64,000 bases of DNA from Candidatus Zhuqueibacterota bacterium (lineage in GTDB: Bacteria; Zhuqueibacterota; Zhuqueibacteria; Thermofontimicrobiales; Thermofontimicrobiaceae): positions 52,255 through 116,254 of the forward strand of contig JAPDPQ010000002.1 of NCBI GenBank assembly GCA_034506395.1. Reading direction: 5' to 3'. The notes under the pieces are model-generated. The model was given only the letters and a program-made list of their open reading frames with translations. It ran no database searches and was not told where the DNA came from. Below are positions 47,730 through 57,523 of this stretch, piece by piece. Numbering within the stretch: the first letter of the stretch is position 1; every line of letters starts with the position of its first letter. The translations under genes and the position numbers were made by a program.

Positions 47730-48659
47730 TCATTTTTTGTCGAAGTAATGGTTCCCATAAGGATTATAAATTGCCTTCAAATGTTGCGGTAAGACACTCA
47801 CTTCAAAACGGGACCCAAAGTACATTTCGCCATCTAAGTGAGCTGGCACTTCGTGATCAAATTCGAATACAATTCGATTCGTGGAAAAGTAATTGACCAC
47901 AGCATCCTCGGTATGCACTTTTTTGATCACCCGCAGTAGCTCCTTGATTCGCCCCGGCAATGAGAGCTCGTTAATCATGCAGACATCAAGCAAGCCGTCG
48001 TTTGCAATTGCGTTTGGTGTCAGATAAAAGCCACCCGCTAATCTGCGACCATTCGCTATGGTGTTTAAAAACGATTTAGTATGGCGCATTTGGTCGAAAT
48101 AGTTGACTTGCATGTCGTGTTCCTTGTAGGTGACCAGCGTTTTTAAAATATGTTTCCAGTATTTAACCTTGCTGCCACCTTTGACCGCACGACTATTTTC
48201 TGCCTCATAATTTTCGAACGCTACCTGCGCATCGAAACCCAGACCCATTCCGTTGATAAAATAGCGATCATTACATTTGCCGACGTCCATTTGCACGGTG
48301 TGCTCTTCAAAAAATATTTCCCAGTCATGATCAGCAAAATGCTCGGAGAAGCCAAGGATAGTGATAAAATCATTGCCGGTTCCGGCAGAGACCGCTCCAA
48401 AGGTGATGTGCGGTTGGTCGACCAAAGCTTGGACGATTTCGTTGAAGGTCCCATCACCACCTACTCCGATGATATGGGTAAATCCCTCCCGGGCAAATTG
48501 ATCGGCAAGCTGTGTGGCATGACCGCGGCGTTCGGTAAATAAGATCTCAGCAGAAAGTTGATATTTTTCGATCATCGCCTTGACGGTATTTTTATAGCTC
48601 GCCGCCAAGCCATTACCAGCAATTGGATTAATGATAAAAAGCCATTTCTTTTCAGACAT
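47730..48659 (-). CDS. Lipid kinase of the diacylglycerol-kinase catalytic-domain family (YegS/BmrU-like).
   Basis: 'WLFIINPIAGNG' and the 'GGDGT' motif ('IIGVGGDGTFNEIVQAL') are present. The length is ~310 aa. Confidence 0.75.
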   Translation of the reverse strand: MSEKKWLFIINPIAGNGLAASYKNTVKAMIEKYQLSAEILFTERRGHATQLADQFAREGFTHIIGVGGDGTFNEIVQALVDQPHITFGAVSAGTGNDFITILGFSEHFADHDWEIFFEEHTVQMDVGKCNDRYFINGMGLGFDAQVAFENYEAENSRAVKGGSKVKYWKHILKTLVTYKEHDMQVNYFDQMRHTKSFLNTIANGRRLAGGFYLTPNAIANDGLLDVCMINELSLPGRIKELLRVIKKVHTEDAVVNYFSTNRIVFEFDHEVPAHLDGEMYFGSRFEVSVLPQHLKAIYNPYGNHYFDKK

Positions 48660-48921
48660 TTTTCCTCCGCTCAAATTCATTATTCAAAATTAACGAAAGG
48701 TTCTGTCTGCCAATTGGCAGGATGAAATTTCATCACTAAATGGGCTAAAACACACCCATTCGACATCCAGATGAAATTTAATTTCGCTTGAAGATGTCAT
48801 GAGAGCGGCGCTCCAGAAAGAGGAAGATTTTCTTTTGCAGGACGCTCTTATTAGAATTTGGGCACCAAAGAAATGAAGATCGGCAAAAGTTTGGATCATC
48901 AGAAGTCTGGTGCGAAATTGG

Positions 48922-50658
48922 CTAAAGACCTTGAGCCACTTGATGATAAACCTCAAGGTAGCTCTGAGCTGCATTGGACCAATCGAAACTTCGAGCCTGC
49001 TTGAAGCCCATAATGATCAATCGGTAGTATTCCTCGGGATGATGTTGGTAGAGATGAATGGCCTCGATTAATTTTTCATGCAACGCGGCGACCATGCTTT
49101 GGGACCAGGGATTGGCACGTCGAGCGTTTAAATCATTGCTATGGGCAAAGTAATCTCGGATAAAAGCGATTTGATAAAAATCGTTTGTTTCACGATACAA
49201 TAAACCACAGCGTTGGTCCTGAATCTGGTCAGCCAGACCACCCGTTTTTCGCGCGAGGACCACCGTTCCATTGACCAGATATTCCAAGGCGGCACCGAAC
49301 GGTTCGTAAATGGAGGGCATCAGCCCGAAACTGCTGCCCAGAAGCAATTCCTGGTATCCTTGTTCCAACCGCATGGGGAACATTGTGACATTGCCTTGAC
49401 ACCGTGAAACGGCTTCACGGAGGAAATCCAAATGGCTAAATTTGGATACCAGAGGCGTTAAAACGACCTTGATCTCGTCCGGCGCAAACCGCTCAAAACA
49501 TTGCAGCGCAATATCGTACCCTTTCTGATTTACGTCCATTCGGCCAGTCATTGCAATAATTGGAACTGAGTCGGGCAGATGGCTAATCGGTCCTCCCTGG
49601 TAGGTCAATGCTCCAATTTGTTCGGCTGGGTGATATTGCTCCAAAACCTGCAACAATGCTTTTCGATTTCGCGATTTGATTTCTTTGATTTTTTGGATTG
49701 TCAGTTGTTTTTCTGGCCTGAATTCCTCTGGGAACGGTACAAAAGGGCCGTTTGGAATGCCGACGAGTTTAGACCGCTGAAGCAATGGCTGGAGGTGCGG
49801 AGCAAAATACTCGGCTTGGAGGATGTCAGTAGTTAATTCTCGAGCAAAGGATTGACTCACTGTCGTGATCGGTGCATCGACCAGGGGCAGAGCGAGCTGC
49901 AGGGCCGTCAATCCCTGTCGGAATTGTCGTTCGATCCGTTCGATCGTGCCAGCACCGAGGATTGGTACCAGCGATTCCCATGGAACAAAGCAATCGAACA
50001 CATTATGAAGGGTTATCACCGAGCCGCAAGAACGCAATACCCCATTTCGCATCGCGAGCTTACTGGTCAACGCGATCAGAGCAGATTGCCAATCCTGGAG
50101 GTGAAATACAATATTATTGTCGCGACCTAAAGCCTTTAACGCGAATGGCACTGCATGACAAAATATGAGCGCATTCTGCAAAAGCAGCCGATCATTCTCA
50201 TCTTGGTCCGATTCATGAAAGATGTATGGATCATTGAGCCTATTTTGCGCATTGAAAAAGCCATCGATCTTCAAATAATATTCTTTAACCGCACCATGCT
50301 CACCACAAGGAATCGAATGTTCCAAAATTTCGACATCGTATTGGTGCTGACCCACTTCGATTGACACATGCTGATGGGTCGGGGACACTCGTCGTTCATC
50401 GATGATTCCAGAATGAAACGGCGTTAGGACGATGACGTCCACATTGGGATCAGCGGCTTTTAAATGTAGGGGTAAGAGGGTAGCCACAGCACCCAGTCCC
50501 CCACTTTTGGCGAAACGATTTTCATAGGTACAATAGGCAACAGTTTCGATCTGCAGGTGTTTCAGCCGATCGACTATCAAATTGATTTCAGCATTATCAA
50601 AAAAATAAGGCATCAAAGTCCAGTCCTTGGACCAATCGATATGGGGCTTTTCTTTCAT
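48922..50658 (-). CDS. GT5-family glycogen/starch-synthase-like glycosyltransferase.
   Basis: The 'FAKSGGLGAV' motif matches GlgA's 'KTGGLADV'. The C-terminal GT-B domain ('EPFGAALEYLVNGTVVLARKTGGLADQI') matches GlgA's 'EPCGLTQLYALRYGT.P.VR.TGGL.DTV'. There is an extra ~40-aa N-terminal extension. Confidence 0.7.
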   Translation of the reverse strand: MKEKPHIDWSKDWTLMPYFFDNAEINLIVDRLKHLQIETVAYCTYENRFAKSGGLGAVATLLPLHLKAADPNVDVIVLTPFHSGIIDERRVSPTHQHVSIEVGQHQYDVEILEHSIPCGEHGAVKEYYLKIDGFFNAQNRLNDPYIFHESDQDENDRLLLQNALIFCHAVPFALKALGRDNNIVFHLQDWQSALIALTSKLAMRNGVLRSCGSVITLHNVFDCFVPWESLVPILGAGTIERIERQFRQGLTALQLALPLVDAPITTVSQSFARELTTDILQAEYFAPHLQPLLQRSKLVGIPNGPFVPFPEEFRPEKQLTIQKIKEIKSRNRKALLQVLEQYHPAEQIGALTYQGGPISHLPDSVPIIAMTGRMDVNQKGYDIALQCFERFAPDEIKVVLTPLVSKFSHLDFLREAVSRCQGNVTMFPMRLEQGYQELLLGSSFGLMPSIYEPFGAALEYLVNGTVVLARKTGGLADQIQDQRCGLLYRETNDFYQIAFIRDYFAHSNDLNARRANPWSQSMVAALHEKLIEAIHLYQHHPEEYYRLIIMGFKQARSFDWSNAAQSYLEVYHQVAQGL

Positions 50659-50857
50659 TCGTTTTATAACTCCACAGCTTCAAGTCGGTGATACTTTTTT
50701 CCATCGCGAATAAATTGATGATTCGGAAAATGGATTTTGACCTCAGATTCAGCCAAATGAAAATATGGTTGAACAATGATATTGATCGATGGATATTCCG
50801 ATGATCGAAATTATGAGCTCTTAGGATTTATTGATCGCAGAAGCGCCTTGATTGTGG

Positions 50858-51568
50858 TCATTGGGACATGTTCCAAATGATCACCGAGTCGAATAATTTC
50901 GATTCTCTTGCCTGACGCTGCAGTTGAATGGCTTCCGCGCGAGTCATCGGTCCACCGATGACGATCGAATACTGCGTTCGACTACCGAACGGTTCGTAGA
51001 CCTCGAATTTGAATTGATCGGTCTTTTTCGTCAATCTTTTCGCCTCATTCATCGCATCAGAGAGCTTGTCGTGTGAGCCGACAATCACAAAAAAGGTTCG
51101 TCGCGGGTTAATGCCCAACAAGCCGCGCCAGAATTGCTGGATTGGTGTTTCTTGGGGCAATGCAAAAGTTCTCAGCCGGAGCTCGATACGAGTGGTATCC
51201 TGAACTTGGGTGGTATCCTGGGATTGAGCATAGACCACCGAGCTGAACAATGGCAAGCCGATGGGATGATTCGCGGTCGCCGAGTGCCTTTGTGGGACAT
51301 CGATTTGTCCGGCATTGATGAGCGCGGTGATTAATGCCGGTGCAACAATGCCCAGTTCAAAGATTTTGACTGGGTTGTTCTCATCTTTATGGAGGAACGC
51401 TGTGATCCCGCCGAGATAGAACAAAATGAGCACGCGAATAGCATAGCCCAGCACGGCAAAAACGGTGAGTTTTACCAACAACACCTCCAAATCCACCACC
51501 AGTAAATTCATGATAATCGGTGTCAGCGCACCCAGCCCACCGATGAATATTTTCTTCCATGTTTTCAT
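50858..51568 (-). CDS. Membrane protein with a possible C-terminal SPOR-like (peptidoglycan-binding) domain.
   Basis: Three N-terminal TM helices are present. The C-terminal ~75 aa ('FFVIVGSHDKLSDAMNEAKRLTKKTDQFKFEVYE…YSIVIGGPMTRAEAIQLQRQARESKL') resembles the SPOR βαββαβ pattern. This assignment is weak. Confidence 0.4.
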   Translation of the reverse strand: MKTWKKIFIGGLGALTPIIMNLLVVDLEVLLVKLTVFAVLGYAIRVLILFYLGGITAFLHKDENNPVKIFELGIVAPALITALINAGQIDVPQRHSATANHPIGLPLFSSVVYAQSQDTTQVQDTTRIELRLRTFALPQETPIQQFWRGLLGINPRRTFFVIVGSHDKLSDAMNEAKRLTKKTDQFKFEVYEPFGSRTQYSIVIGGPMTRAEAIQLQRQARESKLFDSVIIWNMSQ

Positions 51569-52221
51569 TGACGCCTCTCCTCTTGGCAAAAATGAGCATC
51601 AGAATTAAAATCTGGCTGCTTGATGACCACAACTAGCGCAATAGATCCGATGATCAGGTACAAAAAAGCTGCATTACTGCTCCTACCCGGGATCAATTGT
51701 GCCTTCTCCTAACGTTACAAAGCATCGGCAAAATGTGAACCCTCCATCATTCCGAACCACGCCAGTTGTTGGAGGGAAATTTGGTTAATCAGCGATTCCG
51801 AAAAAGACGCCTTCTTCGATCTGTCGAATGACGGACAGATCCACTTGGAATGAACAGAATATATCGCTTTCACAAAAACATAATTTCGTACGGTGGGTTC
51901 GAGTTCAATATTTTATGCGGCAAGATACTAAATTTAGATCGATTTGTCAAGCTCAAATTTGGCTGCCTGAAATTTTGGTTGCTTCAAAGCACTATTGGCC
52001 GAAACGCAGTTCAATCTGTCTGGCTATTTCTCATTAGATTTCATTTTTGGGCGATAGCAATGATAGTTACAATCGAATTCGATGAATAATCCTCTGAGAA
52101 CGTTCAGGGACGCTTCATCTGTGAAAAAATTTAGAAGGAGTTGAATAGCGATCGCGCAAAGCAACTCTTGATGGAGCATTAATTCGATAAATTTTATAAG
52201 GAACCAGCTCCCAAGCGTTCA

Positions 52222-52914
52222 TTACTCTTCCACCACGTACTCGAACAATAAGCTTGCCATTACCAGAAAAATGATATCGAAACCGATCAGAATTCTGAGC
52301 CAGGATGCCGCGCCAGCTAAGCTCTCCTGATTGATTAGCGAACTGGTCGCTTTCACAGCGGCCAGCAGCACGGGGATTGCAATCGGAAATAGCAGAATGG
52401 GCAGCAGGATCTCCCTGGCGCGAGTATTGACCGAAATGGCAGAGAGCAAGGTTCCAACGGTAGCGAACCCCAGAGTGCCCAAAAGAATAATGGATAGGAG
52501 AGGGAGCAGAATGGCGAAAATATCAAGATTGAAAAGCACAATCATCAAAGGAAGCATGATCACTTCCATCAATACCATGAACAAGAAATTTCCGATCATC
52601 TTGCCCAAATAAAGCAGATAGTGGTCTACGGGACAAAGCAGCAGCCCCATCAAGCAGCCCTGGTCGACTTCGTAGATGAACGAGCGATTCAGGCCCAACA
52701 AGCCCGCGAAAGTGATGGCGACCCAGAGAATTCCAGGTACCATTTGTTTGACCACGGTACTTCCTGGTTCGAACATGAAATTGAAAATGACCACCACGAT
52801 CAAGCAAAAGATCAGCATTGATGAGATGGTTTCGCGACTTCGAAGCTCTGAGAGAATGTCCTTCCAGGCGATTGTGATCATGGGTGGCATCGTCATGCTT
52901 TTTGCTCCCTTCAA
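52222..52914 (-). CDS. ccmB: Heme exporter protein B (ABC permease CcmB).
   Basis: It is ~225 aa with 6 TM helices. It aligns with CcmB ('PGILWVAITFAGLLGLNRSF..E.DQGCLMGLLLCP'). It lies directly downstream of ccmA. Confidence 0.75.
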   Translation of the reverse strand: MKGAKSMTMPPMITIAWKDILSELRSRETISSMLIFCLIVVVIFNFMFEPGSTVVKQMVPGILWVAITFAGLLGLNRSFIYEVDQGCLMGLLLCPVDHYLLYLGKMIGNFLFMVLMEVIMLPLMIVLFNLDIFAILLPLLSIILLGTLGFATVGTLLSAISVNTRAREILLPILLFPIAIPVLLAAVKATSSLINQESLAGAASWLRILIGFDIIFLVMASLLFEYVVEE

Positions 52915-52970
52915 TCTATTGCAAGAACATGCGCAACAGGTAAAGAGTCATTTGGACCGTTTGCTGCATA

Positions 52971-53744
52971 TTAGGATGGCTCCTCTGTCAATCGGCGATA
53001 AAGGGATTTAAACGCCAATGGATCATATTCACGGGTAAGTCCTTGCCACACAAGCCTTCCTTTTGATAGGATGACGAAATGGCTGGCCAGTTTTAATCCC
53101 AAATCGAGATCATGAGTGGTCATGACGATCGTGCGATCGGGTGAGATTAATGAAGTGAATAAATCGACGAAATTTTCGATGGCACTTTGGTCCAGTCCAG
53201 TAAAAGGCTCATCCAATAAAATAATTTTGGGATCGGCAAGGAGGGCGCGACCGATGGAGAGACGCTGCTGCATGCCGCGGGAAAAGGTGCGAACCAGGTC
53301 GTGTCGGCGGGCCGAGAGACCAATAAGCTGGAGCGTCCTTTCGATCTGTCGTTGGGCATTGGGGAGGTGATACATCCTAGCGTAGAACCTCAAATTTTCC
53401 TCAGCAGTCAGATTGTTGTATAAAAAGCTTTGATGTCCAATAAATCCGATCTGCTGTCGAATAGCGAGCGGTTGGGTTTTAGCCGACTGTTGCGCCCCAG
53501 TGGTCTGGTTCTGATTTCTTGCCGCGGGACCATTTAACTGAGCCGCTGATCGAGAGGTTGTTTGGATGATTATCTCCCCTTGGGAGGGTTTCGCCAGGGT
53601 TGCGATGAGTTTAAGCAGGGTGGTCTTGCCAGCACCATTAGGTCCAATTATCATCCAATATTGCCCTGGCGTAATCTCAAGCGTAATATCTTTTAGGGCA
53701 ACGAACGAGCCGAACGATTTCGAGACTTCGTGGAGTGTGATCAT
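52971..53744 (-). CDS. ccmA: Heme exporter ATP-binding protein CcmA, carrying a low-complexity insertion.
   Basis: Walker A is 'GPNGAGKTTLLKLIA', the signature is 'FSRGMQQRLSIGRAL' and Walker B is 'ILLDEPFTGLD'. The start is the ATG of 'MITLHEV' (53744), which overlaps the upstream gene's stop (ATGA). A Q/T/A-rich ~45-aa insertion ('TTSRSAAQLNGPAARNQNQTTGAQQSAKTQPLAIRQQ') lies between Walker A and the Q-loop. Confidence 0.8.
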   Translation of the reverse strand: MITLHEVSKSFGSFVALKDITLEITPGQYWMIIGPNGAGKTTLLKLIATLAKPSQGEIIIQTTSRSAAQLNGPAARNQNQTTGAQQSAKTQPLAIRQQIGFIGHQSFLYNNLTAEENLRFYARMYHLPNAQRQIERTLQLIGLSARRHDLVRTFSRGMQQRLSIGRALLADPKIILLDEPFTGLDQSAIENFVDLFTSLISPDRTIVMTTHDLDLGLKLASHFVILSKGRLVWQGLTREYDPLAFKSLYRRLTEEPS

Positions 53745-54709
53745 GACTTGGCTTTTCTCATGGTATACACAAAACCGACCAGCAGCAAGGCAACGACAGC
53801 GATCAGCACCAACCATTGAATGGAGAACGAAAAATGCTTGATAGGAATATTCGTAAGAGTAAAATTGAGTTCCATCCCTGGCATGAGGTGGAATGCTGAA
53901 TACCGCTGATAGTTGATGCCGCGAATCGAGAATTCTCCCTGTTTCATGATCCCCGGACCTTGCAATACAAGCTCCGGGTTCGAGACAAAAATATTGATTC
54001 CCCCGCTTGGATAAATGACGGGGCGCGAAAAATTCCATTCCGATTTTCTGGTCGGCACTGAAAAACGGAACGAAAATTGGCGCGAGCCCGGCGACATCAG
54101 CTCAGTGTGATAGAGCTGATCCCCCTCGATTCGAACCACATTTTGAGCCTCTGGTGTCAGGATTTCCAGATCTTCGAACCCATCCGGCAAGGGAAATTGC
54201 AGCACGAAATGTTGCTCGGGCTGATCGAAATGTTCGCCAATAAACGTCTTATTCCCCACATTGTTCATGACGAAAATTTCGCGGAACAGCAGCTTGCCTG
54301 GCTCAGCGTCGATGAACAGATGCTCTAATTGTAAAACGATCTTTTCGGGACTCGAGGTCGTGTCATATACGATCACATTGCTTTGCGCCACGGGCGTGTC
54401 GGTTGTTAAACGCACCGCCTGGCCGTAGTAAACAATATCGACAAATGTGGAACGAGGATAATAAAGTAGGGTGCTATCGAGCTTCAAACCTTGAAATTCA
54501 AAATGACCTTTTGCATCGGTTTTTTGCATATACGACGAGTCATCAACGACGGTATGACCACGATTGACAAGTAGATTCACTTCCGCCCCAGCCACAATCG
54601 TACTATCGGCTGAGCCGTTATAAACGAAACCAGAAATTTTGCCAGTCTGGGCCAATATCGGCATTGAAAAGAAACTCATTGCTAAGAAAATCAAAACGAA
54701 ATATCTCAT
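53741..54709 (-). CDS. Hypothetical exported protein encoded inside the ccm operon. It has a signal peptide, a CarboxypepD_reg-like beta-sandwich, an unknown domain and a C-terminal TM anchor.
   Basis: The signal peptide is 'MRYFVLIFLAMSFFSMPILAQT'. 'GKISGFVYNGSADSTIVAGAEVNLLVNRG…TDAKGHFEFQGL' is CarbopepD_reg-like. The C-terminal hydrophobic helix is 'WLVLIAVVALLLVGFVYTM' followed by basic residues. The protein has no cysteines. It is translationally coupled to ccmA. Confidence 0.55.
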   Translation of the reverse strand: MRYFVLIFLAMSFFSMPILAQTGKISGFVYNGSADSTIVAGAEVNLLVNRGHTVVDDSSYMQKTDAKGHFEFQGLKLDSTLLYYPRSTFVDIVYYGQAVRLTTDTPVAQSNVIVYDTTSSPEKIVLQLEHLFIDAEPGKLLFREIFVMNNVGNKTFIGEHFDQPEQHFVLQFPLPDGFEDLEILTPEAQNVVRIEGDQLYHTELMSPGSRQFSFRFSVPTRKSEWNFSRPVIYPSGGINIFVSNPELVLQGPGIMKQGEFSIRGINYQRYSAFHLMPGMELNFTLTNIPIKHFSFSIQWLVLIAVVALLLVGFVYTMRKAKS

Positions 54710-54885
54710 TTTTCCCTTCCGTAATTAACGATCTATTCACTTTAAGATTAAAAAATGCCTTGATTGAATACTCGATCGATTGAGCAGCATCGCTTTTTAG
54801 CAACAATGGGCTTTAGTACCGTTTTTTATCATGACACATATGCTTGAAAGCGAAACCTCTGGTCCAGAACTTAAGACTCAACTTG

Positions 54886-56913
54886 TCACCGTCCTTTTTT
54901 ACTCTTGGATGACCTGGCATTTTTTGGTCGCTCCGATGATGGAGCTGCCGAATCCTTTTTTCGCGCTGCCTGGATCAGGATAATGGAAACGCCTATGACC
55001 ATAACAAAGCCTCCAATCCACATCCAAATCTGGAGCGGATTCACCAAAAATGTGAACGTGGCAGATCCATCATCCTGGTAGCTGGATAGAATGGCATAGA
55101 GGTCCTCTTTGAATGTCGAGCGAACCGCTACCTCCGTAGTATACTGGGTTTTACCCATGGCGGAATGATAGAAATTTCGCTGCGGCTTCAAAATCCCAAT
55201 TTTTTTGCTATCTTTGAAGACTTCTAATTCTGCAATAAGTATATCCTGGTTGGTCCGATGGCGTTCTCCCATCCCGGTATAAACCAGGCGGTAGCTGCCA
55301 ATGCCTGTCGCTTGGCCTTGTTGAAGGGTGATCTGCTTTTCCTGTTTGAAAGCGGTTGTGCCAACAATCGCCAAATAGATCAAAATAACTCCAACATGGA
55401 TCAAATAACCAGCATAGCGTCGCGTATTATGTTTTAAGGTTCGGAATAACGCAGGAATATAGCGCATTTTTTCTGATTTGACGCGATGACTTGCTGCACC
55501 GATGATTTCCGCGGCGATGATCGCCAGAGCAAGAAATGCGATCACTAGGGTGACCAACGCCCAAACATGATTGATCCCAGAAACATAGAGAATGATTCCA
55601 AATAACACCGATGTAGTGAAAGGATAAAGGCCTCGATTCAATAGGACTTGATTTGAGGTCTCACGCCACGATAAGATGGGGCAAATCGCCAGCAAAAACA
55701 ACAGCACGAGTCCAATAGGTTTGGCAATTCGATTGAAATAAGATTCGCCCAAGGCAACTTGCTTTCCGATGAACAACTCGGTAATAGCTGGGGCTAACGT
55801 GCCGATCAAGACCATAACCAATAGCACAATGAAGATGATGTTGAGGAGCAGAAAACTGGTCTCGCGGCTCAAAAGCGATTCATAGAAAGATTTGGAGCGC
55901 ATCTTGTTAATGCGGAACACCATCAAACCGATTGCTACCACCAAGATGATTAGCATGAATACGAGGAATAATGTGCCAAGATTGGATTGGCCAAAGGCAT
56001 GCACCGAGGAGATGATCCCGCTGCGCGTGATGAAAGTGCCCAGGATGGTCAGCAAAAAGGTGAGGATTGCCAGCGAAACGTTCCAACCGCGCATCAGATC
56101 CCGTGTCTTTTGCGCCATGATGGAATGGACCAGCGCCGTACCAGTGAGCCAGGGCAATAGAGAAGCGTTTTCCACTGGGTCCCAAGCCCAATAACCGCCC
56201 CATCCCAATTCCACATAGGCCCATTGCGCGCCCAAGAGATTGCCCACGGTCAATGCGATCCAGGCAAATAAGGTCCAATTTCGGCTACGATCCAGCCATA
56301 GATCGGAAACATCACCCTTGGCTAAAGCCGCTATTGCATAGGCAAAAGGAATTGTGAAACCGACGAAACCCAGAAAAAGCGATGGTGGGTGAAAAATCAT
56401 CTCCGGGTTCTGAAGCAACGGATTCAACCCCATGCCATCTGGCGGAACTGGGGACAATCGCTCGAATGGATTGGTGGCGTAGTTGACCAGAACGAGAAAG
56501 AAAAGGGTGACAAGATTGACAGTTGCCACCACATGATGTTTAAAAGGATCATCTTTGGTCCGATTCAGAAAAATATAGAGTGCGTTAAAAATCGTTAGCA
56601 GCCAGGTCCAGAACAGCAACGATCCTGACTGACCAGCATAAACTGCTGATAACGTGTATAACAATGGCAGGTGTCGATCCGAATAATCAGCGACGTATCG
56701 AAACGAGAAGTCGCGGCTGACAAAGGCATGAGCAAGGACAAAGATACTCAGGGTGATCAATATAAATTGACCGTAAACTGCCAGGTTCGCATTTTGGAGC
56801 CATGATTTTCGCTGTAATTTTATTCCCGAAACACCTGCCCAAATCGAATAGGCCGAGGCAATAAATGCAAGCAATAATAGGTAATGTCCCAATGACAATG
56901 TAATTCTCCTCAC
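54886..56913 (-). CDS. ccmF: Cytochrome c-type biogenesis protein CcmF (heme lyase / NrfE family).
   Basis: It is 675 aa and polytopic. The WWD motif is 'WGGYWAWDPVENASLLPWL'. The overall length and hydropathy are typical of CcmF. Confidence 0.9.
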   Translation of the reverse strand: MRRITLSLGHYLLLLAFIASAYSIWAGVSGIKLQRKSWLQNANLAVYGQFILITLSIFVLAHAFVSRDFSFRYVADYSDRHLPLLYTLSAVYAGQSGSLLFWTWLLTIFNALYIFLNRTKDDPFKHHVVATVNLVTLFFLVLVNYATNPFERLSPVPPDGMGLNPLLQNPEMIFHPPSLFLGFVGFTIPFAYAIAALAKGDVSDLWLDRSRNWTLFAWIALTVGNLLGAQWAYVELGWGGYWAWDPVENASLLPWLTGTALVHSIMAQKTRDLMRGWNVSLAILTFLLTILGTFITRSGIISSVHAFGQSNLGTLFLVFMLIILVVAIGLMVFRINKMRSKSFYESLLSRETSFLLLNIIFIVLLVMVLIGTLAPAITELFIGKQVALGESYFNRIAKPIGLVLLFLLAICPILSWRETSNQVLLNRGLYPFTTSVLFGIILYVSGINHVWALVTLVIAFLALAIIAAEIIGAASHRVKSEKMRYIPALFRTLKHNTRRYAGYLIHVGVILIYLAIVGTTAFKQEKQITLQQGQATGIGSYRLVYTGMGERHRTNQDILIAELEVFKDSKKIGILKPQRNFYHSAMGKTQYTTEVAVRSTFKEDLYAILSSYQDDGSATFTFLVNPLQIWMWIGGFVMVIGVSIILIQAARKKDSAAPSSERPKNARSSKSKKGR

Positions 56914-57053
56914 ATGATCTTAGAGTAATGCCGAACACGGAATGGAACAATTTGGATTTTAGGTTGTGAAGCATGAAAGAAAAATCAGGCAGTCGCGCAA
57001 TTGCTTCTCAGAAAGGAGCCTCCGCAGATATAAAATGCTATTTATCCGAGGAA

Positions 57054-57437
57054 TTACTCCCGCTTTGCCTCATATTTGGATGGGCATTTGGTCATGATCT
57101 GTGTGGCATTGAAGGTACCATTTTCATATTTGCCTTCCACAACCACCGATAGACCTTCTTGAAAGGTATCTGGGGCGACGCCCTTATGTTGAACGTTCAG
57201 CACTTTATTGCCGTCCGTCAGTTGAAAGCTGAGCAAAAGGCGCGGAGCATCCCACTGAATCGAGCCTGGAACCACCTCGCCGTTGATGCGCGTCCCTTTT
57301 CCCTCAAGCTGATGCGCTTGGGCAAAAAATTCATCAACGGTCAAGAAATAAACGGATGAATCCTTCATGCCCGACCAGAACAAATAAACAACAACGATCA
57401 ATATGATGAGTCCACCAATAAGCAATTTTTTATTCAT
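57054..57437 (-). CDS. ccmE: Cytochrome c-type biogenesis heme chaperone CcmE, of the variant CxxxY type.
   Basis: An N-terminal TM anchor is followed by an OB-fold ('GEVVPGSIQW…VQHKGVAPDTFQEG..VVVEGKY'). The C-terminal 'TKCPSKY' has Cys in place of the canonical heme-binding His of HxxxY. GGAGG lies upstream of the start. Confidence 0.85.
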   Translation of the reverse strand: MNKKLLIGGLIILIVVVYLFWSGMKDSSVYFLTVDEFFAQAHQLEGKGTRINGEVVPGSIQWDAPRLLLSFQLTDGNKVLNVQHKGVAPDTFQEGLSVVVEGKYENGTFNATQIMTKCPSKYEAKRE

Positions 57438-57523
57438 GCTGAAATTGCCTCCTGAATAATTCTAATAAAACCGAAATACAACAGAGTTTTTCCGAAGTAT
57501 CGATGGAAAAAGGCGAGGTCCGG

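Noticed and set aside
51590-52221. Looked for a ccmC/ccmD remnant or an RNA gene in the 630-bp gap downstream of ccmB.
   Set aside because: There is no minus-strand ORF of any length with a WWD-type motif. There is no tRNA-like cloverleaf or conserved RNA motif I can recognise by eye. It is left unannotated.
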